NCBI RefSeq assembly: GCF_006345805.1
Contig: NC_042999.1
Location: 174,344,001-174,408,000, forward strand
Reading direction: 5' to 3'
DNA from: Octopus sinensis
Taxonomy: Eukaryota
Length of the DNA stretch: 64,000 nucleotides
Part shown: positions 39,681-56,935 of the stretch, piece after piece
Layout: each line of letters starts with the position of its first letter
Numbering within the stretch: the stretch's first letter is position 1
Program-made: the position numbers and the translations under genes
The notes under the pieces: model-generated
Told to the model about the DNA's origin: nothing
The model's input: the letters and a program-made list of their open reading frames with translations, nothing else
Databases searched by the model: none

Positions 39681-40221
39681 CTCCATACCGAGACAAAACT
39701 ATAACATCTTCGTATCATCATTTTTTTTTTTTTGTGCAAAATAGTCCTCGCTGAAAAGCTTTTTATTTCAGAGATTTCCTTCTCCTATATGGATCGTCTT
39801 CACTACCTACAGGTGAGCACTATCAACCCTGGACTACATTGGATGGCATTCGACTCTCCTGAGTTTCTCTGTTCTTTGACTAGTATTGTTTTCACCTCGT
39901 AAAGTGTTCAAAAATCACCCTCCTCGCCAAACTAGCTTGGTGGGGTTGCCGGTTTAGTTGCCCGATCATGCAACATATATATCTTTTATGTTTAACCTTT
40001 TACTTGTTTCAGTCCTCTCTCTCCCTCTAATTATCACATTCTGGATATTCCTCTGTATCAAGGGAGGACGACCAGAAGGTATCTATGACAATTTGCAACA
40101 TTATAGACACTTTAAAAACAAGTAGCGAAAGCACAATGCATGTTACTAAGCCATACTCGCTGGGCACTGATAGCTTGTCACGCATGTTTGTGTATGTGCG
40201 TGAGAGAGAGAGAGAGAGAGC

Positions 40222-40270
<49 letters not shown>

Positions 40271-40529
40271 CCTGTGTGTGTGTGTGTGTGTGTGAAATCA
40301 AAACTGTGTAATGAATGGTATATATGTTTATCCGGAAGGCAGGTTTTTCAGAAGCATTTTATTCACATACCTGCACACAAGCAATACAAAGTATAATATA
40401 TATTATATACATTTTTACATACATACATCCACACACATATATATATATAATATATATATATAATATATATATATATATATTTATTTATATATATATATAT
40501 ATTTATTTATATTATATATATATTATATA

Positions 40530-40567
<38 letters not shown>

Positions 40568-40594
40568 TATTATATATTTATTTATATATATATA

Positions 40595-40634
<40 letters not shown>

Positions 40635-41372
40635 ATAGAAGCCATATTAAGATGGCTTCTATACTTTACATTATCGAGCGATTACTGTTTACATCTCATT
40701 CTGAGATTTAATGATGCCTATATATATATACATATATATATATACATACATGCATACATACATGCATATATACATACATGCATACATACATGAATACATA
40801 CACACATACATACATACATACATACACACATACATATACATACATACATACATATACATACATACATACATATACATACATACATATACATACATACATA
40901 CATACATATACACGCACATACATATGTGTGTATAGACAGATAAATCTTTATTTACATGCTCGAGTCTGTGTGTGTGTGTATGCGTGCTCAAGTGAAGTCA
41001 AAACTGAGTAATGAATGGTGTATATATCTATTTATGTTTATCTGTATATGTTTTTCAGGAGCATTTTATTCACACACCTGCACACTTTCAGTATTTCTGA
41101 TTTTTTTTTTTTTTAGAATATGAAAAAGTTGAATCAAGATGTTATGCTTCACTATCAAGCATAGGTTGCATCTCTTTTGATGATTCTTTCCTGACATGAA
41201 GCTGGTTAGTGACTGTGTGGAATGGTACCCTCATTTCTCTCGGTTAAGATATATATTCTGTAAATATATTGAATCTTCTTTCTTCCTGAGGAAGCAATAC
41301 AAAATATTATACATATTATACAAGGAAGCAATACAAAGTATCATATATATTATATACATTTTTACATATATA

Positions 41373-41430
<58 letters not shown>

Positions 41431-41991
41431 CGTACACATACATATACACATACATACATATGTGTATATAGACAGATAAATCTTTACATGTTCGAGAGAG
41501 CGTGTGTGTGCATGTGTGTGTACGTGTGTGTGCTATTGTTATGTTATTCATACATTTATTCACAACACCATTCCAAGAATATATGAGACGTGTTTCTCTT
41601 AGCAACGCTTTTCGATAACATCTACATAATAAGAATTTATACCTTCACATCATACTGTCATTTTATTTTTGTTACGTCAAATCTACTTCAAGTCGGAAAA
41701 GTTTTGGAAATTTGAAATAGTCAATAATATAGCTGTCCAGATTCAATTATCGATTTCTGCCAACTGAATGTTCTATAAGGATGAAGTCAAATTAGCCCGG
41801 GATAATTTTTATATATTTCTTGTTACAAAGAATTATTTATTTTCTTTTTCTGGTGTTGAGACTTTTTTGTTATATATAAATATATTTAATATATGATTTC
41901 ACATATGTGTTAATCATATTTAAGTATGTGCGTGTATACATATATATATATATATATACATTATATAATATATATATATATATATATACAT

Positions 41992-42043
<52 letters not shown>

Positions 42044-42577
42044 GCGCGCACATACATTATATAATATATAGAGAGAGATATAGCTATAGATATACATATA
42101 GCTAATGTAGTTTTAAGATTTTCGCTCCAGGAAAGAAGCAATCGATTTAAATGGTTAAAATGAGATGAAAACTATATCTGTATCGAATTTAGAAGCCTTT
42201 ATATTTATTTCTGTAAACTTTTTCCCAATTGCTGCGTGTTAATAAAAGGGGAAAATACAGTTAAACATTGATTTGCCAAAGAAACATGACGTTATTCGGA
42301 GATGAAATATGTCCTGTCACTAGCTATTTTTAAAACAATAAAGATTGGTATATCAACTTGTATTTTTAACTTGCAATTGCCAACTTTGACATATCAATAC
42401 AAATACGAAAAAATAATCCCTTTTCTAAAGAAAGTTTTACTCACTACAAAGATTTCATTTCATTATATATGTATTCAAAGAGGAAAATGAATGTGTACAT
42501 ATATGTATATATATAATACTTTATTTTATATGTATTCACATACACGCACACACTCACACACACACACACACACACAC

Positions 42578-42636
<59 letters not shown>

Positions 42637-42696
42637 TACCTACACGCACATGTTATGCATACATATTCATTATGTGTGTATGTATATATATATACC

Positions 42697-42745
<49 letters not shown>

Positions 42746-43844
42746 TATATGTGGTAAAGCATGATATACTGATTTGGCAACTTATATATATATGTGTGAG
42801 TGTGTGCATACATATATACATACATACACACATACGAATGAGCATGCGTGTAAGTCTTCATATTTATATTAATATATATAAATATATATCACATATCATA
42901 TATAATATATATACATGTTTCAATTTAAGTATATGTGTACATGCGCGTGTATATATTCGTACATACTTACATGTGCATGCACACGTGTAAATTTATGTGT
43001 GTACGTTGCTATTTAATTTAATTTTCTTTGTAAAATGCAATGAATTAATAAAAACAAAAATTCTTTCGTAATCAATACCGAGGTAATAATTTCAAAATTG
43101 GAATTACTATTTCTTGCTTGAAAAATCTAATTTTCGTCAGTTGATTGTCTGAAAATTGTCAGAGAATATTGAGAAAAGCATCACATTATTGGTAAGTTCA
43201 GCAACATATAGTATACGTTATATTCTTTAAGCTAAAATAATCGAAAAGAGAAGAATCTAGTAAAATTAATAAAATACCAAATAAGGTGTTGCATTATAAC
43301 TTAGCGGTATAATGTTCGAAGAATAACAGTTTTTCGAATGTCAATTTTTTTCCATATATTACCCACTATCTTTCTTGCTAATAGATTTCCAACTTGATTT
43401 TTAGATTCAAAACTGGTTGAGGTGATTTACTTCTTTCATTTGCAATATCTTCTCCATATCTTGACATAAAACAGCGAAGTTTGCAAGTTTGAATAAATTC
43501 ATTCTTTAAAATATCCTGTTTTGTCCCATAAATTTGCAACGTATTTTGACCAAATAAGATCAACAATACAGTTTTATCTAAAATTGTTGCTACAGAAAAT
43601 TAACTAAATATTTCTTTTAATGTTTAATTAGATATGAAAGAGCAACTTTCATGGCGACAATTTTGCATAAACCTTCAAGACTGACTGGAAGAGTTGGTGT
43701 GGGAAACAAATTGGTAATTTGATCAGAATGCTAACAACAGAGAGGACTCCACCAAAAGTACGCAAGTGGCTACTGTTTCTGTTAAAATGACTGACGATTT
43801 AACACAGCCACGATCTACAACACTCCCAAAACAGGTACATTTCA

Positions 43845-44005
43845 TCAGGCAAGTTTCAATACAGTTTCTGTTTACCAAATTTGATTTACAAGACTTGAGT
43901 CAACCTGAAAATATAGTAGAAAATACATTTGTCTAAGACGCTGCGCAGTGAGATCGGACTAGGAAGCGTATGATAGGGAAATGATCTTTTTACAACACAG
44001 TCACC
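43845..44005 (-). mobile_element. Degraded SINE, family of 408-826
   Basis: Reverse complement resembles cactgcgtggcaccttgggcaagtgtcttctactatag...tttggtagacggaaactg. Confidence 0.5.
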
Positions 44006-44880
44006 CAGAAACAATCTACAATGATTAATGGAGTTGGTCTGACATTGCTAAACGATACAAAAAAATCACGTAAAATATAACGTCCAAAGAAGGAAGTCCG
44101 CGAGAAAATTACGCACTGTCATTGATGTTGCTATTATCGCCTCGGTCATTCCTAATAAAGCACTTTAAAGCCGGCTTTTCAAAGTGTGTCGAGGAGTATA
44201 TTATCCATTTCACTTTACATTTTATCAAGAGGGTAGTATGTAAACTAAATTTGGGGGGTCATTATTTCTCTACGTGAATAGCGATTATTTCTAGATGCTT
44301 AAAGAGATCGAATCTAAAACATTGTTACTGCTAATGATTATTAGATTTCAGACATTGTAAACCTGTAAGGACGTTATTACAAATGAAAATATTATCCACC
44401 AGAGCCATTTTGTAGCTAATTTTGCACAATCATTTTTATTTGGCTTGCCAAAGATGTATTAATGCACATCATTGTCAAATAAGTATATGTTCGGACAGCT
44501 AGTCGAATTGATAAAATGTTGGACTAACAACCGAAATATGATACAGTTAAAGCAATTAAATTGTCCAGGTGGCTTATCTATAAATAGGTACCAAGAGTTA
44601 TTATAGGGGACTCCTATAGGCAGTCGTAACAACACGGAAAAATTAGTAAACATTTCGTTTTTGCATGACTAAATTATTGCCTCCTCTGATATAGGCTATA
44701 GAGTGAACATCCTGTCTCATTCATTATGTACTACATAAATGCAAACTTTCCACACAATTAATTATGGGTTCCAACACTAATAAAGTAATACGTTCCAATG
44801 ACTTTTTCTTTTGCATAAATTATTAGAAAGGGATATACAAAAATAGATCAGTTGCGGTCAATTGAAAGTTCGACATTTTT

Positions 44881-45262
44881 TTTTCTAGTTTCAGCTCAGA
44901 GCTGTGGTCATGCTGATGCACCGCCGTTTTGCTACACTGTTATTACTAAGAGCCTCCTTTAATATGTGACACTTGGTAAAGCATGGAGTTTGATACAGCT
45001 ACCCTCATTTGTACCTCTTGCCGTGAGGTAGGTTCATCTGGGACTCTCAACAAGAAGAGGTCCAGCTTCGATTTATAAACACCTACATCTACTTTCTGCA
45101 AGTTCCTCAGACTCTTTGGGAGAATATTAAAAAGCTGTGGGCCCTTGAAACCCAGGCTGTTGAAGTAACTGGTCCTGAAGCGTGATAGCATTGCTGGGAC
45201 CTTTGGCACTATGCAGTGTCGTCCCGTTCTGGCATTGGTGTAGCTTTCAATGCCAAAATTTA
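44881..45262 (-). mobile_element. CR1-like LINE 3' end (ORF2 C-terminus and 3' UTR)
   Basis: GPQLFNILPKSLRNL...KSKLDLFLLRVPDEP...VSNS is a typical CR1-group C-terminus. The 3' UTR has a stem-loop and an A-rich end. Confidence 0.8.
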
Positions 45263-46034
45263 GTAATCTTTTACCAACACTGACACATGTCCATGACGAA
45301 TGCTCTTGTTAATTGACAAAAAACACACTCCACGTACTTTGTAAACAAGTATCGAAGGTAAAACCTGGAGCATTGCATAATTTATGAATGCTTTTGTTGG
45401 CTTCAAATCTTGATTGTCTACTCTTCGATATATTACTACAAATTCCCAAGCTTAATCCTCAACAGAATATTTTTCCTTGCAACTCATATTTTTCTCTCTC
45501 ATTTTAAAGTGTTACATTCTCTGCATTAAACTAAGTATTCATGTACATTTATTTTTTATAAAAATCCAAACTATGCTCGTTCTTATGGGTTTATATCAGT
45601 TTTAACAGTCAAACTTGGTCCGAGATGAAAATATCGTTGATCATAGATACGCACTGTGGCAAGAGTGCTGGGCTTTGTGTTGTTGCTGTTTGTACTCTCA
45701 ATTAAAATTATGTATTTTTTCTAAAATACAAAAATTGTGATATGAGCTGATGACCGAATGCTATTAGTTCGTCACCTTATTACCTTGCTTGTTTTACATC
45801 TGCAATCACAGGACGAAACCCAAATCTTTCAAGAAAGGACTTTTCCACTTAATACTAAACAAATAATATATTTCTCAAACTACAAACTTATTTATAGGGC
45901 AATAGCGCAATTCGAGACCGCGATATTGTTCCGAATTCCGGTCGGAGCCATTTCACTTTTAACTTTATCCTTCTCTTGCCTCTAAGGAAAGATGCTAACA
46001 TCACAATTGGTAATTCACCCTCAAATGTGTGTGT

Positions 46035-46072
<38 letters not shown>

Positions 46073-46134
46073 CTGTGTGTGTGTGCGCCTGTGTGTGTGC
46101 GCGTGTGTGTGTGTGTGTACATGGATGGAAGGCG

Positions 46135-46380
46135 CAGCAGTTAAAACAATCTTTTGCACTTCTTGCTGGGATGGTAAACCAGAGATCATTCTCAAATAAT
46201 TTTCACTTCCTTTTTTAACCATTCCAAGTGCTCCTACAATCATTGGTATTGCAACCGTCTTGAGATGCCACATTATTTTCGATTTCAATGAACAAATCTT
46301 TACATTTTCTGAATTTGTCAAATTCTTTTGAAGACTTATTATGATCACAAGGAGTATTCATGTCTATCAGTAAATAGACT
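46135..46380 (-). pseudogene. R4/Dong RLE C-terminal fragment
   Basis: MWHLKTVAIPMIVGALGMV...VQKIVL, homologous to ORF 46604-46843. Confidence 0.75.
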
Positions 46381-46506
46381 TTATAATTAGAATTTTCTGT
46401 AGGTCGTGCAGCTCATCCCGGTAAAAAGGTCCCTGAATAAGGGTTGTTTAAGGATGATGAACGAAACAGTCATATTTATTATTATTTATTTATTATTATT
46501 ATTATT

Positions 46507-48964
<2,458 letters not shown>

Positions 48965-49099
48965 GTTTGCTTTAGTTCATAAACGAAAAATAAAAATAGC
49001 TTTATATAGACAAATTCGCCGAACATTCTTTTCCTTGCGTCTCTTTAAATACTGCATGATGAATGTAATTATCTTTGAAATGTATAAATATTCTCAGTA

Positions 49100-52000
49100 T
49101 ATTTTTTAGTGATGCCCCAACAAATACAACAGAGTAATAGTTTCCCTAATTTCAACATGAATATTGCGTTTTTTGTAAAACAGCTTTGAGACAGACCTTA
49201 TATCTTACCTTCGGTTTTTAATGAGGTTTTCCCAGAATATAGTTCTCCAAAGAGTAGACCCTTTGGTGTTAATTCCTTTTCCATACGAACTACGTTGACC
49301 TGCCTACCTGAGTCTGCTACGTTACAAAAGAACTTCTCTAACCCTAACTCTAACTTCTCTGAATAAAAACTTGCTTTCTTCCAGACATCATTCACATAAT
49401 ATAACAAAAGACAAAATATGTCGAAGACAGTATTGCTAAAAATGCTTCAAGTGATTAATGTGTTTTGACTGCATTGTCCATGTTTCAGAATCATACAACA
49501 AAGCAGACAAAATGTTTGCTTTGAAAATAAATATTTCAATGTTATTTCGTAAATATCTTTAAGATTATTATGAAGATTGTTATTTTGCAAAAGATATTAA
49601 CTTCTGAATTCTATTTGCGATTTTTCCATCGAGTTATTACCATCTCTGTTTAACAAGCTACAAATACATTTGAAGGGCGATATGATTTTCAAATTTTAGA
49701 ATCCACGCATAACAGTTTTATAAATGTTTATTATGAAACCTAATTCCAATGAAATTTTGTTCATCAGAGTTTATAGATCTTTTTCATTGTCTACATGTTC
49801 CCTGTCATCAGCGCACAAGAGGTATTGTATCAGAGATTCAGAAGTGTGAAATTTAGAATGAAGCTGATGGAGGTCGAATAACTTGCTAGTTGTACTATAG
49901 TCTCTGAAAGAGATTGAAAAATATTATTGTGAAATATATGGCACACAGACTAAAAATGACACTTCACAAATTATAATAGATGCTCCCATGTCATCATTGG
50001 AGGAATTTGATAATATTTGTGAATATATCAGGACAACTATCTAAGAACCGCCCATAACACATCACGGTTCACTGAATTAAAGGCCTTAGTGAGATCACTG
50101 AAGCAGTGAAAGAGGTCATGTGTCTACGCAGTACTTTTCTCTTGTGATTAACGAGTGGAAAATAGCAATTCATTGGTTGTTCATCCAGTACGATAACCTG
50201 ACTGACACTTGAAAAGAAGGAATATTCAATATTTTCCATGCTACACTAAGGAGACACGCAGTAGTTCGCGAACGAATCATCACGTGCCTAAACTACACTT
50301 TCCTTTCTTCAGTACTTTCAACAAAACATCTCTACAATTTTGAGAAACTATGTCATTTTCTCACAGATTATACATATATCACTGTTCGAAACATCCTATT
50401 TTGCCCTAATATATCTGAAATCAATACTAGGATTTTATAAATTTTTAGATTTGGCAAAGTAATTCTTACTTCATTCGAAGTTGGTGGATTATCAAGTAAG
50501 TTTTTCTCTGAAATTTGCTGAATTAGTTCGAAAAAGAGCAATGAATGTTTAATGAACATTTTAGCAACTCACTAATATTCTTGTCATCACTGAAGGATCT
50601 TACCCGAATCTTTAAAATGAGATTTACTATCCATAGCTTTTATGGAAGCAGTGGAAATTGAGTGAAGACCCTAAATTTGATTTATAAAAGAGTGAATCTT
50701 CTTAATATCCTTTTTATCATAAGCTTCCTGAAGATCCAAACCATGAAAAAACATTAAATTCATCCCATATTTTTCATGGTCTGGATTTTTTTACTTTACA
50801 GCTAGGTCTGAGAATTTTTATTTTAACCAAATTATTTCATAAGTCTTTTTGCGTGGATATTAAAATTTTTATATACTTATAATTTTCATCAAACCGGTCC
50901 TTAATTTTGGATTTTATTACATCTCATTACTTTTGATAAATCACTTTTTTTTTCTGAAGTATCTTTTTATTGATAGTATCTTCCAATGAACAAAAAATAC
51001 TTCCAAAGAGAATGCTCTAAATTACGCCTAACAGATATTTTACTTATTTTACGACTTTGAACGCTTTTTAGAAGTTTAACATTTTAGTTTCTAGCTTTGA
51101 GCCTTACCTTGAACTTCGGTTTGGTTCATACAAGGTCATGATCTATATAAACGGTGCAGCATCTCTTGAAACCCGAATATCCTGCTAGTTGAGTGTAAAA
51201 TCAATTATGCACTATTTCTGATAACCAGGATAAATTCAAGTTCCTTTGTGGATTTCTTTATGGTCAAACAAGGAGTTATAAAGAGATCCAATTGTGTGTA
51301 CATTTGTAGCCAAAATAAATCATTGGTGTTTGAATTGCTTTGACTCATTCTATGATGTGCCATGGAGCCCCATATTTCAAATCTTCACCAACTCATGTGT
51401 TGCAGTCCCCAAAAATTAATATTTTATCTTCAAATTTTTCCGAATAATACTTTTTAGTTTCTCATTTAACATACTTACAGATTTTTGCTTTTACCTGGAC
51501 CCCCTCATTGTTAATGTACCGGCACTGATGAGCGTCACTGAGTAACCATAAAATACAGACATGGTCTGGACATAAGTCTATCATTTAAGTCAGTATGATT
51601 TAGTACTTTTTTTTTACTACAAAACCCACTCTAGGCTCCCTCCTCTGGTTACCATCTCTTCCAAGTCAAAAAATAGCGTAAGCATTATTCTTTTAATACT
51701 TTGGCAGTCACCAGTAAAACGGATCTTAGATAAAGTACCTGTGATAATTTCAAAGGCTGTTTTCTTTCGACAGATTTCTCATTATTAATTAATATTTTTA
51801 AAGTCCAAAAACCAATCAGAAAATCAGACACGTACTTTACGACAGTCGTGTAATGACGACCTGGACCAACTGCCCTCCTTTGGAATCCCTGCCAAGACAA
51901 ACCTGCAAGCATGAGAGTTTTATATTTCATAAAATAGATGTTTTTGTGTATTTTAAAGTTGATCCTTTGCACAGGATCACCTAAAAGATATCACCGAAAG

Positions 52001-52510
52001 AACATGGTTAAAGGTCGCACAATATACACGAGAATACATTTGTCAAAGGGTGTTAGGTCAGATAATTAATTATAAAGCATTTTAACATAACTGCATCATC
52101 TATATTAACAAGTAATACTTGTACCCGAATAAGATCTAATATGTCCACAAGGAAAGGAAGACGCAGCAACATACTGCCTTACTTAACCATATGTAAAAAT
52201 CATCAACATTAGGGCAATGCTAAGATCATTGGGTACTGCAAATGGTTTCAAATCAAATATTATTTTGGCTTGACTTACCGGGTTTTTATTCGTCGTGGTT
52301 TTCTCGTAGACTAGCTGCCTTCACCAGAGCTAAAGAGCACAGGTCTACCCATTTCCCAGCGGACTTACAATCCACTCATTCTCCACCATAGTCTTTCTAA
52401 GTCCCTGCCTAGTGTTGTTAGATAGTCATTGACCTTACGTGAGATTCATTCATCTTTTGACAGATCTTGATTTTGTCTAACTGCTGTTGTAGCAACCCTC
52501 CTCGCCAGGT
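49100..52510 (-). pseudogene. Heavily degraded RTE-like LINE (APE and RT)
   Basis: LIQYLLCADD near 49800-49835, DNPPTSNEV near 50470-50495, RVSLSVAWKIL near 50230-50260 and an APE-like ORF at 51685-51972. The accctcctcgcca motif is shared with ~39917. Confidence 0.5.
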
Positions 52511-52952
52511 TATATAGAGGTATTTTGCATAAATGAAACGAAAATGAGCTAAGAGAAATTATACAGAGATACTACTGAACAAAAAAGACAATAAAGGTGC
52601 ATTAAATAACATAAATGATAAACTTTTGATTTATTGAAATCGTCTCCTTTTCCAAAGTAAGTAGATCAATCATTTGGAGACAAAATGAGGGTGGGAGATA
52701 ATCTCAAGAACCAAGAATTTCTCCAAAATTTACATATCACTAAGAAAAAGACAGTCCGATAGTCTAAAGACAAGAGAACATCTGTTGACACATGTTTCTG
52801 CATCAATATGAGTCATCGGCACAGCAGTTGTATCTTACTTTCTGCAGACGAGATACTTAGACACATGCAAAACAGAGTAGGACACATTTTTGACCTAATT
52901 TGCATAAATGAAACGAAAATGAGATAATAGAAATAATTCAAATGCCAGTGAC

Positions 52953-52996
<44 letters not shown>

Positions 52997-53015
52997 ATGT
53001 GTGTGTGTATGTATG

Positions 53016-53051
<36 letters not shown>

Positions 53052-53137
53052 TGTATGTATGCATGCATGCATGTATGTATGTATGCATGTATGCATGTAT
53101 GTATATTATTCTGTTTCTGCTTCCAGACACTTTTTAT

Positions 53138-53724
53138 TCCTAGTTGAGAAGTGAGGAAAATAAATTATCTGAAAACCAAAACTCTCAACATCAAAATATA
53201 CAAACAAAACTAAAGGAATCGTGAAGCAAAGACAAAGCTAAACTAAACAAGAAAAAATTGCCAAATCTCTTGTTATATTTTGCACAACCCCATTAATGAA
53301 ACAAGACGAATTTTTATTAAACTTTGATAACTGCGTAGCATTCATGTATATAGGGAAACTTGCAATAGTGTCTGTTTGTTGAGATAGTTGCCAAATCTGC
53401 AGGTTAAATGAATGCTATGAAGTTATCAAAGTTTAATAAAAATTCGTCTTGTCTCATTAATGGGGCTCTGTATATTATGACAAGAGATTTTGATAACTTT
53501 TTATTTGGTTTTGATTTTATTTTGTGAGTTTTGCATTTTGTTTTCACTTGTATTTGATTTTGTTTTATGATATCGTTGAGTTGGTTACTTTTGTTTGTAA
53601 GCTGTTTGACGTTATTTGTGTTTTGTTTTTGTTTTTTCTATGTATATGTGTTGCGCATTTTTTCTTTTTCTTCTTTTAATTTTATATCAGATCATTTATT
53701 TTCTTCACTTCTCCTTAACTAGGA
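53138..53724. mobile_element. Foldback/MITE-like element with long imperfect inverted arms
   Basis: Outer arms tcctagttgagaagtgaggaaaataaattatctga and tcagatcatttattttcttcacttctccttaactagga. Inner ~90-bp arms at 53256-53345 and 53408-53498. Confidence 0.7.
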
Positions 53725-54029
53725 AAATATTCTTTTGAAAATACATTCAAATCCACTAAAAGAGAATTACCTATTTCAGTTTCTCTTTAAATGCTAGTTC
53801 TCTTTTCAGATACTCACAACTCTTCATTTGCTTCAGTTGCTCTCTTAATTTCCTGCCCTTCTTTTACAGACCTGTGCACAGCCATTACCAGTACACATGT
53901 TCTCCGTGAAACATTCATTGACCTGTTACATTTAAACTTGCACAAAATTTGCATTTCTCATTTCTCCATTCATTTAGAAGTCTGCAAAAGTTTTGATCGA
54001 TTCAACATTCAACGATCTTTAAAATTCTT

Positions 54030-54059
54030 TCCCTCTCTCACTCTCTTCCTCTTCCTCTT

Positions 54060-54096
<37 letters not shown>

Positions 54097-54621
54097 ACCT
54101 CTATCTACCTTTTTTCCCTGTTTAGTTTCTCTAGCTTTTTTGTTTTTGGTTTTTTGTCCTTTTCTTTAACTGCAATTTCAAGCTCTGTTGCCTTAATTAT
54201 TGTTCTTGTAGTCTAGTATTTTCACATTCTGTTTGATCGTGATGTGGCACATTTGATAAAAAGAGTTTCAACTTTCTCTGTAAAACGTTCTCTAATTGCA
54301 CAGAATCTCATATGCTTTTACTCTTGTTTTCTCTTTTTTCTCATCTTCTTTCTCTTTTTCTTACCTTCTTTTTCTTTTTCATACTTCCTTTCTCTTTTTC
54401 TCACCTATCTCTTTTTCTTACTTTTTCTCACTCGCTTTCTTTTTCGTTTTCTTTCTCTCTCTTTCATTCTCTGTCTCTCTCACATTCTTATTTATTGTTC
54501 TCCTCTTTTTTCATTACTCTCACTATTCTTTCATATTTTCTTTTCTCTCTCTCTCTCTCTCTAACTCTATCTCTAGTTTTCTATCTCCAGCTTTCTCCCT
54601 GCCTATATCTCAATCTCTCCT

Positions 54622-54675
<54 letters not shown>

Positions 54676-54700
54676 ATTTTACCCAATGTCTTTCTTTTTC
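54030..54700. repeat. Polypyrimidine / (TC)n low-complexity tract
   Basis: Directly visible. Confidence 0.9.
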
Positions 54701-54922
54701 TCTCGTATAAAGTGAATTTCTTTTAGCTAACTTAGAAACTAGTATCGATGAAATATTTGTAACACAAGACCAAATAAGAAATTGTTAAAAGGATAAAGCG
54801 AATGGTGTCATATAACAAGATAAACTCCTCTCACTTCGATCTAAAGTAGCCAGTTCAAAAGATTGAAAAGACACTCGTGGTTTTGAAGTATACATATATG
54901 TGTGTGTGTATGTTAATGCATG

Positions 54923-54991
<69 letters not shown>

Positions 54992-56723
54992 ATATATATA
55001 TGTATATGCGCTGGTGTATGAACACGTATGTAGATAGATAAACAAGTCGATAGAAAGATGTCTATGTATGTTTACACATACGTGTGTGTATGTATGCACA
55101 TACATATATATGTATGTATGCATGAATGCATGCATGTATGTATGTATGTATGTATGTATGTATGTATGTATGTATGTATGTGTGTATGTATGTATGTATA
55201 GCTGTTTTCAATAGCACAAACTAACAGAAAAATAAAACGTCAGTTAATGATTTCCATACTTCGACGGCAACAACGTTTCCAAATTATATAGTTGTTTTTA
55301 TCAACTCTTTCTTACCTGTGTGATTGTGTATATCTCTTTGATGTGTGTATACAACAAAAGTACACTATGATAATGGTTTCTTGCAATAGCTGAGGGCTTT
55401 TTTTCAGTATGAAGGGAGTAGCACCATTAAATTTAACTTCGTATACTTACTTTCTGAACCTTATATAAACAAAAGCAAATTCTATTCCAATGGGAACTAT
55501 ACTCAGTAGATGGGCAAAAATAATACTATAATCCATTTAAATACTTCTGTATATGAAATCAAAATTAATGTTAATGACATTTAAATATTTTTTTTTTAAT
55601 TTATTAAGCCTTTTAGCTTTCCAGCAAAATAGTACCATCTGGAACTAAAATCTAACTTATTGTTAGGAGGTCAAGGGCGACACTTTCACTTTTCTGATTT
55701 CGTAACTTATTGGTCTTTCAAAAGAAACAGTTATTATAGTTTATCTTTGACGTATCGATTGAAGATTATTTCTACATGCAACAATCCTTGTACAAAGCAC
55801 CGTTGACTAAAATTATTATGCGAGTAACAGGACACTGAAATTAGCGGATTTGCATAAAATGCAATAAATTAAGATATTTCAGTAAATTATTAAAGGAAAG
55901 ACATGTGTTACACATGTATGGATTATATATAAAACTAGATTTAAATGATTTAGATTTGTTATTTTATTTTTGTTTCTCAATTACAGTATATTTAATGAAC
56001 ACGTAATTTACTTATGTTCCACCAGTTCAAGTCATTTCTTTATATGTATCACCATGACAACCGTTTGACTTAATCCTAATTTTTCAATTGCTTTTGATAT
56101 TTTCAACTACTCATGCTTAAATAAAATTCTTTATGTGCTTACAATGACTTCCACACTCCTTGAATTCCTCAACAATAAATTCAGGGATCATGTATTAAGA
56201 AAAAAATAAACTGAGACAATGAGAGGCTAATGTAGTCGATAATAAAACAACAAAATAGCATCCATTTGGATCGAAAGTACACTTTAATAAACGCTCTACG
56301 TAATACCAAATTATATACTGAAAAATATTATTAGATAATTAAAAATAAAACAAAAATATGACCTGAGTACGTCTGTTGTTGGTAGGAATGAAGTATTGTC
56401 AACGGCTACATTAAATTTATCATGAAAATAGAAGCATCTAGAATCGCTTTATTCATATCAAATTATATGTTTAATTTCTGATAGATTTCACCAGTTTTCG
56501 CTCAAAAATCGGAACAAATTATATGAATAAACAGAATTTATGTCAATTTCGTAAACAGATAACCGGTCGATTTTACAAAGATTTCATGCTAAACGGTTCG
56601 ATGTTTGTTAAAATTAAGCAATTAACCAATTATACAAATATCTAGTATGCAACTAAATACAATAGATATAGGCTTATATAGAGACGATGAAGTAGCTTTA
56701 ACCCTGCTTTTATAAATATATGT

Positions 56724-56935
56724 AAGGCAGCGAGCGGGCAGAATCGTTACGCCAGGAAAAACGCTTAGCAGCTTTTCGTCTGTTTTTACGTTCCGAGTTC
56801 AAAATTCCGATGAGGTCGATTTTGCTTTTTATCCTTCAAGAGTCGATGATATAAGTATCAGTTGAGTACTAGGGCCGATACAATCGACTTAACCCCTCCT
56901 TCGAAATTGCTGGTCTTGTGCCAAAATTTGAAACT
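56724..56935 (+). mobile_element. SINE with second-family head and core but an alternative tail
   Basis: aggcagcgagcgggcagaatcgtt...gagttcaaaattcc...gtcgat...aatcgactt, then aaattgctggtcttgtgccaaaatttgaaac. Confidence 0.75.

Noticed and set aside
45744-45825. CTGATGA...GAAAC hammerhead-like spacing
   Set aside because: No closing stem II and no stem III or NUH site after GAAAC.
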